A program made the position numbers and the translations under genes. From Octopus sinensis (taxonomy: Eukaryota), in NCBI RefSeq assembly GCF_006345805.1, contig NW_021832035.1:62001-126000 (forward strand): a stretch of 64,000 nucleotides of DNA, given 5' to 3'. Below, piece by piece: positions 11,017 to 23,561 of the stretch. Position 1 is the first letter of the stretch. Each line of letters starts with the position of its first letter. The notes under the pieces are model-generated. The model was not told where the DNA came from. It ran no database searches and saw only the letters and a list, made by a program, of their open reading frames with translations.

Positions 11017-11425
11017 GGATCTGTTCCTTATGCAGTGTGGTTCTCCATCTAAGTAACATACTTGTCTATCCTGTATAGCTGTGTCCACAACCTGAACAAG
11101 TTATAACATAAATTAAGTTCTTGGATGCACAAGTGAAGTTGGTCTTAATTGTGAACCTCTCTCTTTGTTTGAACTGGAATTCTGAGCCTTCCAGTAGGTT
11201 AGGGCGTGTTCCACAGTTTGGACGTCCACATTTTTAAAACCATTGGTTTTGTGATTGTTGTATTTGTCAGTATCTTTTCAGCAATTTGGATTTGATGACT
11301 TTGTGTTTTAAGAATGTAGTTCATTTTAGGATCCCTAATAAGCATTGGTAGATTTTGTACAATGGTGTTGTAAGCCTCATTGTTTCTAGGGTTGTGTGTC
11401 GATATATCAGGTGGTATTTTAAAAT
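11017..11425 (-). mobile_element. Penelope-like element remnant, GIY-YIG endonuclease region (pseudogenised)
   Basis: Minus-strand frame KCGRPNCGTRPNLLEGSEFQFKQRERFTIKTNFTCASKNLIYVITCSGCGHSYTG*TSMLLRWRTTLHKEQIQK: a Cys-rich linker followed by LIY...YxG and the conserved Arg/His of Penelope-type GIY-YIG domains. Confidence 0.85.
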
Positions 11426-11543
11426 GAGGTGTGGTGATTTGTTTTGTTTGCCTTAGTGTTTTAATACCTATTTTCTTGGCACATTCAATTCCATCATCTA
11501 TATGTGTGTGTGTGTGTGTGTGTGTGAATATTTATATGTATGT

Positions 11544-11730
11544 GTATGGCGATTTTTTTTTCCTCTGTCTTCCCTTCTCTGGATCTTTCCTTCTCCTATG
11601 TTTCCGACGAAGAGCTCTGCTCGAAACGTTAAACCCTCCTTCTTCCCTTCCTTCCTGAGCATCCAATAATACTATATTTGTTCCACGTCCTCGCGTTGTG
11701 TTTTTTTGTGCTTTCATGTTTGGATTAACT
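11544..11730 (+). mobile_element. Penelope-type short repeat P1 with hammerhead-like motif
   Basis: ccgacga-a-gagc-tct-gctc-gaaacgtt at 11604-11630. It lies next to, and inverted relative to, the GIY-YIG remnant. Confidence 0.6.
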
Positions 11731-11732
11731 AC

Positions 11733-11763
<31 letters not shown>

Positions 11764-11972
11764 ATAATATGAATAATACATATATATGCATATATACATA
11801 TACGTATATGTATATACTTACATCTATATATATATATATATAATATGAATAATACATATATATGCATATATATATACGTATATGTATATACTTACATCTA
11901 TATATATATATATATAATATGAATAATACATATATATGCATATATATATACGTATATGTATATACTTACAGC

Positions 11973-12015
<43 letters not shown>
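11730..12015. repeat. AT-rich minisatellite of about 70 bp
   Basis: The unit (ta)n-atatgaataatacatatatatgcatatatat-acgtatatgtatatacttaca is repeated three times. Confidence 0.85.
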
Positions 12016-12027
<12 letters not shown>

Positions 12028-12480
12028 GCATATGTGGGCACAGGACAGTATGAAACGTGTACAGCAAAAAAGTTTGAAGCACGAGTACATGGAACATGAA
12101 CTATTCTTTTGAACAATGAAAGACACACATGGCAAACAAAACAAACAACATAAAAAACGACCCTTCATCAGTTGTTGGCTGTTTTTCTAGTCTCGTATTT
12201 CGAGCATTTAACAACAATATATGCTTTCAATAAAACAGTTGCTCCCGCAAAAGCAAATTAAATAAAATTTGGGATTTTGAGGAGGGTCAGAATAGGTAAC
12301 ACTTACGGGACAGTGAAAACAAACAGGAAGGGCTACTAAACCTAAACAAGGTTGTGGTGGTGAATGTGTGAATCAAGCTAGGACAGGAGACAAACAAGAA
12401 CATGTCTTCCTTGTTCCAGCTGCAACAGAGAGAAAGAAAGAAAGATGGCTGATGGTCACAATCCGGTGGTGGTGGTGGTG

Positions 12481-12515
<35 letters not shown>

Positions 12516-12619
12516 TGTAACCTTTACATTCTGTGTTCAAATCCTGTTGGAGCAGACATCCTCCCAGTGCTAATACAATAAGCACAAGATGTGTAAGCAT
12601 GAGATGTATGTGTGTGTGT

Positions 12620-12666
<47 letters not shown>

Positions 12667-13964
12667 TGTGTGAGTTTGCATTCATTTGACAGTTCATATT
12701 CTTCCAAATTCTTTAATAAATGACTTCAGTCCCAAAGTAAAAAAAAAAAGTTGTTTTTTTTTATTATCAAAGACACAAGACAACACCAGAAATGGTAATG
12801 CTAATGATTTCTTTGAAATCTTGGAAACAAAGATCAAAAAATGGCAGAGGAAAAAAAACAGAAAAGAAAAGAATTGGTTGTCAAATGTTTGGTCAAAATC
12901 TAACAGATAATGAAAGGAAGGAAATTCTTGATAGTACAGAATAATGGATCTGAAAAATTATTCCACATTGTTGCTGCTAGAACATGTACTGCAAAACATT
13001 TGATATCTTTGAGAAAATTCACAAATTAGATTAAAATAATTCTTGCTTCCATTTTAGTGCATTACCATAGAAATATTTGAACAGGCACTAATGAATATTT
13101 CAAAGTGAATTGGGAGACACACGCAGACACAGACACACGCAAAGGAACATAGATGTACACAGGTCACAGATATGAAACAAACACATAGTATTTACAAAGA
13201 GATGTCACGAGAAAGCATAAACACAAACAAATACGGTGTCCTCGCAATGGAATTATCTATCACCTGTGGATACAAATATTAAAAGATTGTTATCGAAAGC
13301 AATTCCGTCTTTTGAAGCATAACAAGAATTTAGAAAATAAATAAATAGATGCATAAAAAGATATAGAAATAAAAATATAAAAAAAACACCTGTTAATTGT
13401 TTTAGAATTCACAAACATCTTATAAGTAGTTGAAGCTACAGGATGTACACAATATTGCAACAGGTGTTAATTATCTTTATCATAATATTACTTTTGCTCA
13501 GGTGTAATTATATTAGGTGCGGGTATTGCTGTGTGGTTAAGAAGCTCACTTTGCAACCGTATAGTTTCAGGTTCAATTCTACCGCACACAACTTTGGTCA
13601 AGTGTCTTCTGCTATAGCCCTGGGTCAACCAATGCTTTATGGTGTGAATTTGAGAGGTGGAAATTGTAGGAGTCCAATGTGTATGTGTTGTCGTTATCAT
13701 CCTCATCATTTAAAGTCTGTTGTCCATGCTGGCAGGGATTGGACAGTTTGACCAGGGCTGATTAGCTGTGTGTGTGTGTGTATGTATACATATATATATA
13801 TTTATCATGATGATAATAATAAATAAATAAATGCGCCCTTTTAAAGCCTAGCCAGGCTCATGGACCCGGTTTCCCTGTTTTCACAGCGTATGTGTTCCCA
13901 AGCTGGATGGGACACCAGTCCATCGCAGCGTTACTCATTTTTGCCATTTTAACTGAATCTTAAT

Positions 13965-14009
<45 letters not shown>

Positions 14010-14579
14010 CCCATGCTAGCATGGAAAGCGGACACTAAATGATGATGATATATATGTGTGTGTGTGTGTGTGTGTATAAAATAATTGAGATCCAGTAGAA
14101 TTAGGTACTTAAGTTGAAGCACCAAGTCAGTCCGGTATTATCAGCACAGCTCAAAGTAAGGTGAATAAAATCAAAATAAGCAACAGGAAATCAAGTAGTA
14201 GTGCAGTACGACCATTTCATTGAACAATGCAATCATTAAAATAACTCGATTCTATTGGATCCTGAAAATAATTATATATACTTTCACTCCCTCCCCTCAC
14301 TTAGCGGTCATTCTAATAGTTCTTTTGTCTTAATAACGATCAATCACACAGTAATTTCCCTTTGTATAACGATCATTTTCATAGCATTTTTCCGATGGCC
14401 GGATATGTGAAGAGATGGCAGCATGGATTTCCACCTCGGCACCCGAAACTCGGAGTTTTATCATGGCTACCGAATAATTGTCACATATTACATTTACAGA
14501 TAAATTCCTCTATTTACATAATATCGAGGTCTCTTTCTTTCTTTTGTTGTCTTACCATTTCTATCAACAATATATATAC

Positions 14580-14935
14580 TCTTTTACTTGTTACAGTCAT
14601 TTGACTGCGGCCATGCTGGAGCACCACCTTTAGTTGAGCAAATCAACCCCAGGACTTATTCTTTGTAAGCCTAGTACTTATTCTCTTGGTCTCTTTTGCC
14701 GAACCGCTAAGTTACGGGAACGCAAACACACCAGCATCGGTTGTCAAGCGATGTTGGGGGGACAAATACAGACACACATACACATACATACACACACATA
14801 TACATATATACGATAGGCTTCTTTCAGTTTCTGTCTACCAAATCCACTCACAAGGCTTTGGTCGGCCCGAGGCTATAGTAGAAGACACTTGCCCAAGGTG
14901 TCACGCAGTGGGACTGAACCCGGAACCATGTGGTT
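14580..14935 (-). mobile_element. SINE family A, 5'-truncated
   Basis: Colinear with 4482-4832 from the tail to the B-box region. Confidence 0.85.
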
Positions 14936-15911
14936 CATAGAATTACTTCAGTGTTGAATACTATTCTACAGGTAATTCTTCTTTATAAATGTTATTGTAT
15001 CAACCTACTCTTCAAGGTTGACAGGTAGAAAGAATATAGTCTGACGTATTGGTCTCTTGCTCTTCATCAGAGAATGATAAAAGATTCCCTGCTGATAGCC
15101 TAACTAACAACTTTGTTCTTCTTTACTCTCTGATGGAGAGCAATAATACAAAATATTAAACTTTACACTCTTGTGACATCAATCAAATTTATCAACATCA
15201 CACAGACTCCACTTTGGATAAATTGTTGCCAGTGCAGACTGTCACCAATTTATTCAGATTCTGAACTTTGGCCTAGAGTACAAGACAAACGATTTGGAAA
15301 ATTAAAGAGTGGAACTTGATGTCAACTGATAATTTTATTTCTTCTTAATATCTCAATGATCTTAATATGTTTACTACAGTATGAAAAAAGAATTAATGAA
15401 ATGTCAGATTCATTTCATTGATATGAGCAATAGATAAGCTAATGTCTTCTTGGTACAATGTTTCGAACAGGGAATTCTGGGAGCTCATAAGGGGAGCAGG
15501 CAGCAAATTAATTGTGGAGAGGAGGTGGGTGACGCTGGATGTTTAGGGAGGTCATGATTTCTCTTAGAAATATAAACATTTAAACCAGATCTAAATGTGT
15601 TTGTGTTTAAATACTTTAAACACAATTTTTAAAAAAATGGAAATGTAATGGAAACATAATTAAAATATTGTATCATCAATGAATTGAAACTTGACTGTAC
15701 CAGCCAAGTACTAGGGTTGATGGTATTAGCTAAAACCCTACCACTAAAATTGCTGTCCTTTGACCAAAATTTGTAACAATTATTACATCTTTTTCTAAAG
15801 CTTCATGATGGGGTATTTGTAAAATTTCATGACAGGCGACTGTTGAGCTATAAAAGATTAGGAACCAGTGATCTAAGACTATATTATCCACTTTTTAAGG
15901 TCATAATTTAA

Positions 15912-16132
15912 ACCTTTAGTGTTCAGATTTACTCTGTTAAATGTAATACTTTTTCACTCAAATTGTTTTGAATTGCTCAAGCATTATCTTCCAGCTTTGA
16001 GGTTTCAATGATGTGATTGCTTATTTTTAGAATGTCAATGTAGGTTAGGTGTGAGAGGTTAGATATGGCTAGTTCAAATATAAAACAAGTAGAATATCTG
16101 GACCAGATGTGGCCGGTTTAAACACTAAAGGG
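15912..16132. mobile_element. piggyBac-like MITE
   Basis: TTAA|acctttagtgtt...aacactaaaggg|TTAA: a TTAA duplication with terminal inverted repeats (TIRs) of about 12-14 bp. Confidence 0.75.
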
Positions 16133-17042
16133 TTAAGGGAGATCTGGTTCTTATTTGTAGCGAATGGAACAACCTTGTACAGGTTTTCTTGTTGGCCTGT
16201 GTTGTTTAGCTCTGGGTCAATTCAGACTTAGTAGACCTATGATCAAAGATTTTCCTGCCATAACCATGGTCTCTTGGTCATTGTATATCTAGGAATACAT
16301 TGTTTAATGTGTTCTGCCTTTTCTAAAACAGTAGGGTATGATTTGAAGGCGATTTGACTGCTATTTTTTTAACCAGATCAAACTACTTCCTTGAGGTTAT
16401 GTTGTTGGGTTGCCTTGATAGGTATAGCAAGGCATTATAATTAATCATTGTAAATTCATTTACAAGACATGGGGGGCGGGGGCTTCAGTACACTTATAAA
16501 TATATCAAAGAATGTGTTCTTCAAAGTCGTCAGGACACGACTTCAAAGTCGTTAGGATACGACTTCCATAATATTCCAAGATTTCTGAGTTGAACAAATA
16601 AACATCACATTTTTTTTTATTAATCAATTTTTTAAAATAATCAATATGTTTATTTTGACCATAAATCAAAAGCAAAAATGTAAATTCAAACCAAATCCTG
16701 ACACATGGAATATTCAATATTTAAAAAAAAGAGATTGAAAGAGATTCAAAATTGTTGGAAACCATTCCTTGTAGTCAGGGTTGGATGAACCATTAAGCCA
16801 AATAAGCACGTGCTTAGGCCATCAAGAGAAGTAGGAGGCACCATGGAAATGGTAAATGGGTTGTGCCGCAAAACAAATCACTTTAAATTTGATAAAATAA
16901 TATTCTGGATGTCTCAAATGATCGGAAATATAATTTCAAAGTATTCAGCGGTGGTGCCCCAGCATGGCCGTGGCCTTCGGGCTAATACATTTTTAAGGAT
17001 TTAAGGATGGTGTCGTAGTGAGGATCTGATCTTTGCAATTAT

Positions 17043-17547
17043 TAGCACGGATGTTGCGCATGGATGGTACCGCATAAATGTGGCGAGCTGGCAGAAATTT
17101 CGGCTGCCGTTATGTTCTGAGTTCAAATTCCGCCGAGGTCGACTTTGCCTTTCATCCTTTCGGGGTCGATAAATTAAGTACCAGTTACGTACTGAGATCG
17201 ATGTAATCAACTTAATCCGTTTGTCTGTCCTTGTTTGTCCCCTCTGTGTTTAGCCCCTTGTGGGTAGTAAAGAAATAGGTACCGCATAAATGTGAAACAG
17301 GATGAAACCCAGGTATCAGTGGCGAGGCGGGGCTCGTGGGGTCCGAACTAAACCCGCCCCTCCCCCACTCCATCCGTAATGTCTTCTGGTCTGTCCCATC
17401 ATCCACTTTTTTCGATTTTATTGTATTTCGTAATTATGTGTTAAAATTTTTAAATTCATCATCTGTGTAAAACCATTCGTAAATCTGACCCCAAATCAGA
17501 TTGTGTTGTCCCCTCTTTGTTAGCCCCTTGTGGGTAATAAAAAATCA
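17043..17547 (+). mobile_element. 5'-truncated retro-insertion sharing the SINE-B 3' tail (candidate partner-LINE 3' end)
   Basis: Flanked by the 17-bp direct repeat ctgatctttgcaattat (17026-17042 and 17548-17564). It ends ttgtcccctctttgttagccccttgtgggtaataaaaaatca, like SINE B, and its upstream body is unrelated to SINE B. Confidence 0.6.
17083..17277 (+). mobile_element. Young SINE family B monomer nested in the previous element
   Basis: Perfect 17-bp TSD ggtaccgcataaatgtg at 17066-17082 and 17278-17294. Confidence 0.9.
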
Positions 17548-18187
17548 CTGATCTTTGCAATTATAAAATGTAGGAGACAACTTTTCAACTATAAATAAAG
17601 CGGAAGTATACAAGAATAAACATTATTTTCCATCTTATTGTTAGTTTTGTTTCGTCTTGAAAAATAAAAAATTATTTCATGGTTTATTATTGCTTATACT
17701 TTGAATTGCATATAAATATATGGGGCCACCACGGGTCTATACTTGGACACTGTAGTTGACAATTGAAAGAGAAAAAACGAGTACTTTTATAATCGTATTT
17801 GATGCCATATAAGGCATTTATCAAAAAAAAAAAAAGAGAGAGAGAAAGAGAGAGAGAAGGAAGGAAGACTGAGTCCTTCGTATGCGATGTTGGGCTTACA
17901 TTACGTCTATCTCTTGACAACCAAATGCTGGTTTGCTTAAGTGGCCGTATCTAAGCAATTTGGCAAAAAGGAAACGGTAGAATAAGTACCAGGCTTAAAT
18001 AATAATAATAATAATAATAAAAGCAAAAAAGAAAATGTGCTGAAGTCGAGTTGTTGTTCACCTAAAAGCCTTTAAGGCGATGTCCCAAACACGGATGGCT
18101 GCGGTTAAAATGTCTGAAACAAGTATACGGTAAGAGATGTAATAATCAAATTATATTTTATGCACTTTATTGTGTTGTGTTCCCTTT

Positions 18188-18240
18188 GTCCGTGGGAAAA
18201 TTGCTTTGCATGAAACCGGTCCATGGTGCAGAAACAGTTC
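18188..18240 (+). mobile_element. Short hAT-Charlie-like subterminal fragment
   Basis: tgtccgtgggaaaattgctttgcatgaaaccggtccatggtgc resembles the 3' subterminal sequence of MER1/Charlie-type hATs (recalled similarity). Confidence 0.35.
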
Positions 18241-18592
18241 CCCCCTGAATATGCGCTGCTGAAATTGAGGTGAGCTTAATACGAGCGTGCGTCATTTTAA
18301 AAGAGCATTTTTAAATAATTTAAGCAATGCACTTAGGCGACTGTTTCTTTATGTTTGGACTTCGTGCAAGACTAATCTACCTAACCATGTTTCTGATATT
18401 CTGACTTTTTATAAAATACAATAGATTCATAGAAATAATTACTAACAAGTTGTAAAACAACTTGTTAGACACCTGTACATTTATAATGGTGATTGTGGTG
18501 GGGGGGGATGTCTCTAAAACATAAGGTGAAATGAAACAGAAATTATGGGTGACAGGGGAAGAGGTACGATATAGAATTATGTTTACAAAGTA

Positions 18593-19008
18593 GGAATCTT
18601 TTCGGTTTTAATGGCAGTTTTTAACATAATTTCTAGGTAACTAAAAAATTTTAAACTTCGTATACTGGTAGAATGTGTTTATAAAACATCTTTTTCTCTT
18701 AACTTTATTGAGAAAATTCTTTAGTTTGTAAGATATTTGTTGTTGTTTTTTCTTCCATTTCAACCTTATCACTGACGTCTATTGAGGTAAAAAAAACCCA
18801 CATTCTGTGCCGTATGAATATGTCCCTCGTTTAAGAAACAGATTGGGTTTATTTACATTTGTGAAGGAAGAAAGATACCCTTCCCCCAGCCCTATCCTTA
18901 ACCCTAAAACAGATTGAAATGCAATAAATCGATAGTAGGGTCATAATTATGGGTGACAATTTCATATGACACCGCTAGAAAAAGCTGCCGTTCAAACCGA
19001 AAAGATCC
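18593..19008. mobile_element. GGATC-TIR MITE, copy 1
   Basis: TIRs of about 28 bp, ggatcttttcggtttgaacggcagtttt / aaactgccgttcaaaccgaaaagatcc (left end slightly mutated), and a body of about 415 bp shared with three other copies. Confidence 0.9.
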
Positions 19009-19674
19009 CAAAGGGATTAGTTTCAATGTGTGTCTATATATTACCGGTTTCTATTCTTTTAACCTTAGTGGTGCAACAGAGATCAAGTTAGACATTTTTG
19101 GTGCACTTAGCGTAGAAAGTGAAACGAAATATTGGCGAACTTCCCACGGAAAGTTTTTAAAAAACTGTATTAAAACTTCTTAACATATATACACTCATAG
19201 ATATATTGAAAACTTGCTTACTAATAAATCATATTTATATATAACAAAATTATATGTTTTCAAGATGAATGAATTTTCTAAAGCCTTAAATTACATCTAA
19301 AAACAATCCACGGCATGGTTAGGTACACTTTGCAGAATGGTTTACAAGGTTGTCTGAATTCTTAACGCCGGGTGGATTATGAGCTGTGGGCGTAAAAGGT
19401 TGCTACTAAATACAGCAAGGCATTTTAAGCGATGTACGAACGATTTTGCGATTTCTGTACTTCATGTGGCGCTTGTGATTGTCTCAGCCTTCACGCCAGA
19501 GTTTAATTCTTACTTAACGTTTAATTTTGACATTCATTGTCATTTATGTTCGACTACCCCCTGGATAGAATGACTTTCCTCTAACATGTTTGTTTAATCC
19601 TAGCAAATTTGTAAAGAATTCAGACACTATAAATGAATTTAATGCTAATACTAAAGTTACTAGTAACTTGATTT

Positions 19675-19991
19675 GGTACTACTAGCGAACAGTGGTCCAG
19701 GTGCGCGCTAGCCAGTCGTAAGTAGCCGATTCTACACCGACTTTTTAAACCCTAAACCTAATTTTTTAAACCTAACCCTAGTTTGTTTATAAAAATAATT
19801 TATTTACTTAGTTTAAAAAAATTATTTACTTTGCGTTTTATTTACTTTGTTCGAAAAATATTATTTAATTTTCTTTTATATGTATTCAGCCTTGAAATAT
19901 ACAAACATACGCGCAAGTCGTTGTAGGATCGACTACTTACGACTAGCTAGCGCGGATGCGCGCACCGGGTTCACTGATCGCTAGTAGTACC
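19675..19991. mobile_element. Merlin-like MITE with TIRs of about 60-70 bp
   Basis: ggtactactagcgaacagtg...tagccagtcgtaagtagccgattctac pairs with gtaggatcgactacttacgactagctag...cactgatcgctagtagtacc. The 8-bp TSD is cttgattt/tttgattt, and the GG termini are typical of Merlin. Confidence 0.8.
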
Positions 19992-21243
19992 TTTGATTTA
20001 ATGACTTGATATTAATTAACTGCATCCAAGCCTACTTGATGTACTAATCTCACCGCTTTTCGTCAACTATATTGTCTTGTCTCCCGGACAAACCTATACA
20101 AAATGCTGCATCTTATCCGGACTCCCCATCATTTCTTACATTCCAGCTTACGTATTTTTTCTCTCGTAGACATTGATTTACTGATATATTCACTCTGAAT
20201 ATATCAAGCTGACCGATTTGGGAAGAGCTGCAAATGTCATTAATATTTTCTAACTTGGCAAAAACTAAAGATTAAAAAAACAAACAAAAGCATTTGAAAG
20301 ATTGAGATAATTATGATAGCTTTCCATTCCAAGAGGAAACAACAATTATAGGCTTGAAAATTTTGGGGAGAGGGTCAGTTAATTACATCGACCCCCAAAA
20401 GGATAACAGGCAAAGCTAACATCGGCGGAATTTTTACGTCGGACGAATTTTTACAGGAAGAATATTTACAGGCTGCCAAAATTCTTCTTGCCCACCACTG
20501 GATGGAATGCCATGGATTTTAATGAACATTTTATTGGATGTCTTCACCTTATTTTCCCTTACTAGGCCCATCAAATTATTGTACTTTATTATATTTTATT
20601 CTTGCTCTACTTTATTGAAAAGAATAAGAAGACTTCCTCTATCTTTAACCGACTTTTATACATGTTAGCTCCCTAGCACTTGAACCCTCCGAAGAAGCCT
20701 AGGGCCACACCCATTATCCAAGCCTTGTCTGTTCATCCCTGCATATCAAAGAAATAATGGCGATAACCTGGAAGATTCCGTTGCCTCGTGGCAGAAACGA
20801 CCGTAAGGAATTAGTACCTGTACACCCATTTATATTTACTCATTTAGTTCTATATATATATGTAAGTATATACATTCTTGTTTATGCAGTTAATCTGTAT
20901 CACTCTTACATAGCTGTGGAATTATCTAATTTAACAAATAGACATATTTGAATGTTTATTAGCCGATGTCTGTCGATTGTATATCTTCTCCATTTTCTTA
21001 TTTGCCGTATAAATCATAGGAAAATCACTTTTTACCTCCGCCCGTACCTAATACTCAATTGCGAGATTGTCATGACAAGCACTTGACTATATATAATTGG
21101 GTACACACCCAGTAGTATATTGGATAAGTATTATCCCTTAGATGGTTTCTTAATCTAGAGAAAGATGAGTAATAATCCCTCGCCATATCGCAGTTTATCA
21201 TTTAAGCTTACATCTATTCCTCCGTCGTGTTGTTATGCATTTA

Positions 21244-21637
21244 TAATAAGTATCGCCCGGCGTTGCTCGGGTTTGTTTCGACCCTTTAGAATTGGAATTT
21301 TTGAAAAGTAAAAATTTTGCATTATGTAGCTTGTTATTCTCTTTAAATGAACATTTTTTCTGGTTGAAATACACCGAAAAATGGAGACACAGCAGTCAAA
21401 AAACCGTAAAAAAATAGGGATTTTCATAGAAAAAAAGCACCTTTATTATGTAAAGAATTTTTTGTCTTAACATGGTCCGATTTGAATTTTTTCTTCTATG
21501 GAATGAAGAGAAAGCCTTCTTCTATCATACTCACAATTTTAGTCAACTTGAGCCGCAGGGTCTTGGAGAAGATAGTGTTAGTTGAAGGCTACCAAACCTG
21601 CCATACACAGACAACTTCAGCTTTATATATATAAAGA
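21244..21637 (-). mobile_element. Non-autonomous Helitron with degenerate 3' CTAG
   Basis: The minus strand starts A|TCtttatatatataaag and ends ...caaacccgagcaacgccgggcgatac, the same hairpin end as the copies at 27387 and 48416. Confidence 0.7.
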
Positions 21638-21823
21638 TATATATTTACAAATTATAAAAATAAATAATATACAGTACAGCACTGTTTCTACTTCTTGGAT
21701 GTTCACCTATCGCGTGGGGTTTAGGATAGTCGAGGGATCAATGTATATTGTTGTTATTGTGCAAAAGTGTCGTAAGTCCAAAACGTTGCTTTTTTTCTTT
21801 AGAAAACGAAAAAATAGATTCAC

Positions 21824-21988
21824 CATTCCATAGCAAAACCGTTGTTCTACACTGACAATTTTTGATATCTTGACATCTGAAGCAGCTGGAGATACGATAG
21901 TTTGACAAAAAGAACCGGCCATTGCGAGCAAAAGTAAATATTGAAAAATACGCATTTGGCCAAGTTTGGACATACGACAGTTTAACAT
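21824..21988 (-). CDS. Candidate first coding exon with signal-peptide-like N-terminus (55 aa)
   Basis: gctaccATG context; MLNCRMSKLGQMRIFQYLLLLAMAGSFCQTIVSPAASDVKISKIVSVEQRFCYGM|gtgaat donor. The sequence is unique, CpG-rich and non-repetitive, within ORF 21707..22078. No homology recognised. Confidence 0.35.
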
Positions 21989-22693
21989 GGTAGCAACGAT
22001 ATCTATATAATCAATGGCGACTCTGGCACTCGGACTTCGCCCGAGTATAAATTTAGTAAAGCGAACGTGTATTTGCAAACTGATTTAATTTCTGCCAACA
22101 CTGACTTCAAATATGTAATTTCAGCCAATAACTCGAGCTTTTTTTAATTTTTTATTGAGTTTGATCACCATTTATTTTCGTTCAACGTCTGGCGATCGTC
22201 TTGTGTCAAAAAATATCATTCGTAGCAGACGATCTCTCGACATCGTTTACACACGCCAGACTCGGGCTCAGAAGTTACAGCCCGAATTGTTATCTATAAT
22301 CGTAAAAATTAAAAGTATTTCAAGTTCTATGTTTTATTCAATATTCTTAAAGGAACGAAAAGTTATGCAGCAACTCGGGATAATACGAACGAGTCTGCTA
22401 GGTTTGAGAAGCTAACTAACAACTCTTGTTCAAGAGTGCAGACGACAGCCAGATCGCTGATGGTTGTTGTGCATTCCGATGTCACTATTCGATTGCTGTT
22501 ATTCTGTTGTGTAAAGATCAGCTGTGTTTTGCAGGTTTTGCTTTATTTTTACCCTTAGCATAGAGCTAGATATAAAAAATAAGCCATTTGGAGCCAGAAA
22601 TAGAGCGGAAAAACCAGAAATTCTTCGAGCAGGCATGTGTCTTATGCGAAATCTGTGATGAGTCCGAGAGACGCTGATGACCTGGAGTCGCCC

Positions 22694-22755
<62 letters not shown>

Positions 22756-23334
22756 CACCCGTCTGTTTGAAAAAGAATCTAAGCCAAAGTATTCCGTAAT
22801 TATGATGTGTTTTATTTAAAAACGAAGACGTCTTAAAGCTAAGAAACAACACGGACATATATCGAATAAGCATTTATGTGTTCGTGTACACATACACATC
22901 ACCTGCTAACCTATCTGCCATACAGTTCTCTATTTGTGGTATACATTTTGTGTATTTTGTAAAACAAAAACACTAATTAATTCTACAACAACGATTCGAA
23001 ATTGGCTTATATATATATACGCAGACACTTTAGAATAACTTGATTCAATGCAATATTTTTCTGTCGGAGTTCAGTTGAACATAGTCTTTCCTTTGCCTCG
23101 CAGAAATCTACTCCAACATTTAAGTCAAGGTTTGGTGTTGATTTAATTGTTATTCATTTAATTGTTATTCATACTGCAAATAATTTTTTTTTTCGTTTGG
23201 TAGGCCACTTTTCAAACCTGTTGGTAAACATTGAATGTTCATTTTTGTGTGTGTTATGAATCTCTTGTTGCAGAGGTTGGAGTCCCTTTAATAGCTAAAA
23301 TGTAAGGAAGATATGACATTTTATTCATAACACA

Positions 23335-23561
23335 GAGCTGTCAGAAACGTTAGCACACCGGGCGAAATGCGTAGCCGAATTTCGTCTGCCGTTACGTTCT
23401 AAGTTCAAATTCCGCCGAGGTCGACTTTGCCTTTCATCCTTTCGGGGTCGGTTAAATAAGTACCAGTTGCGCACTGGGGTCGATATAATCGACTTAATCC
23501 GTTTGTCTGTCCTTGTTTGTTCCCTCTGTGTTTAGCCCCTTGTGGGTAGCAAAGAAATAGG
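23335..23561 (+). mobile_element. SINE family B monomer
   Basis: Full head and body with CpGs intact. Confidence 0.85.

Noticed and set aside
17310-17370. GC boxes (ggcgggg, cccgcccc) as a promoter
   Set aside because: They lie inside a TSD-bounded retro-insertion, so they are more simply element sequence.
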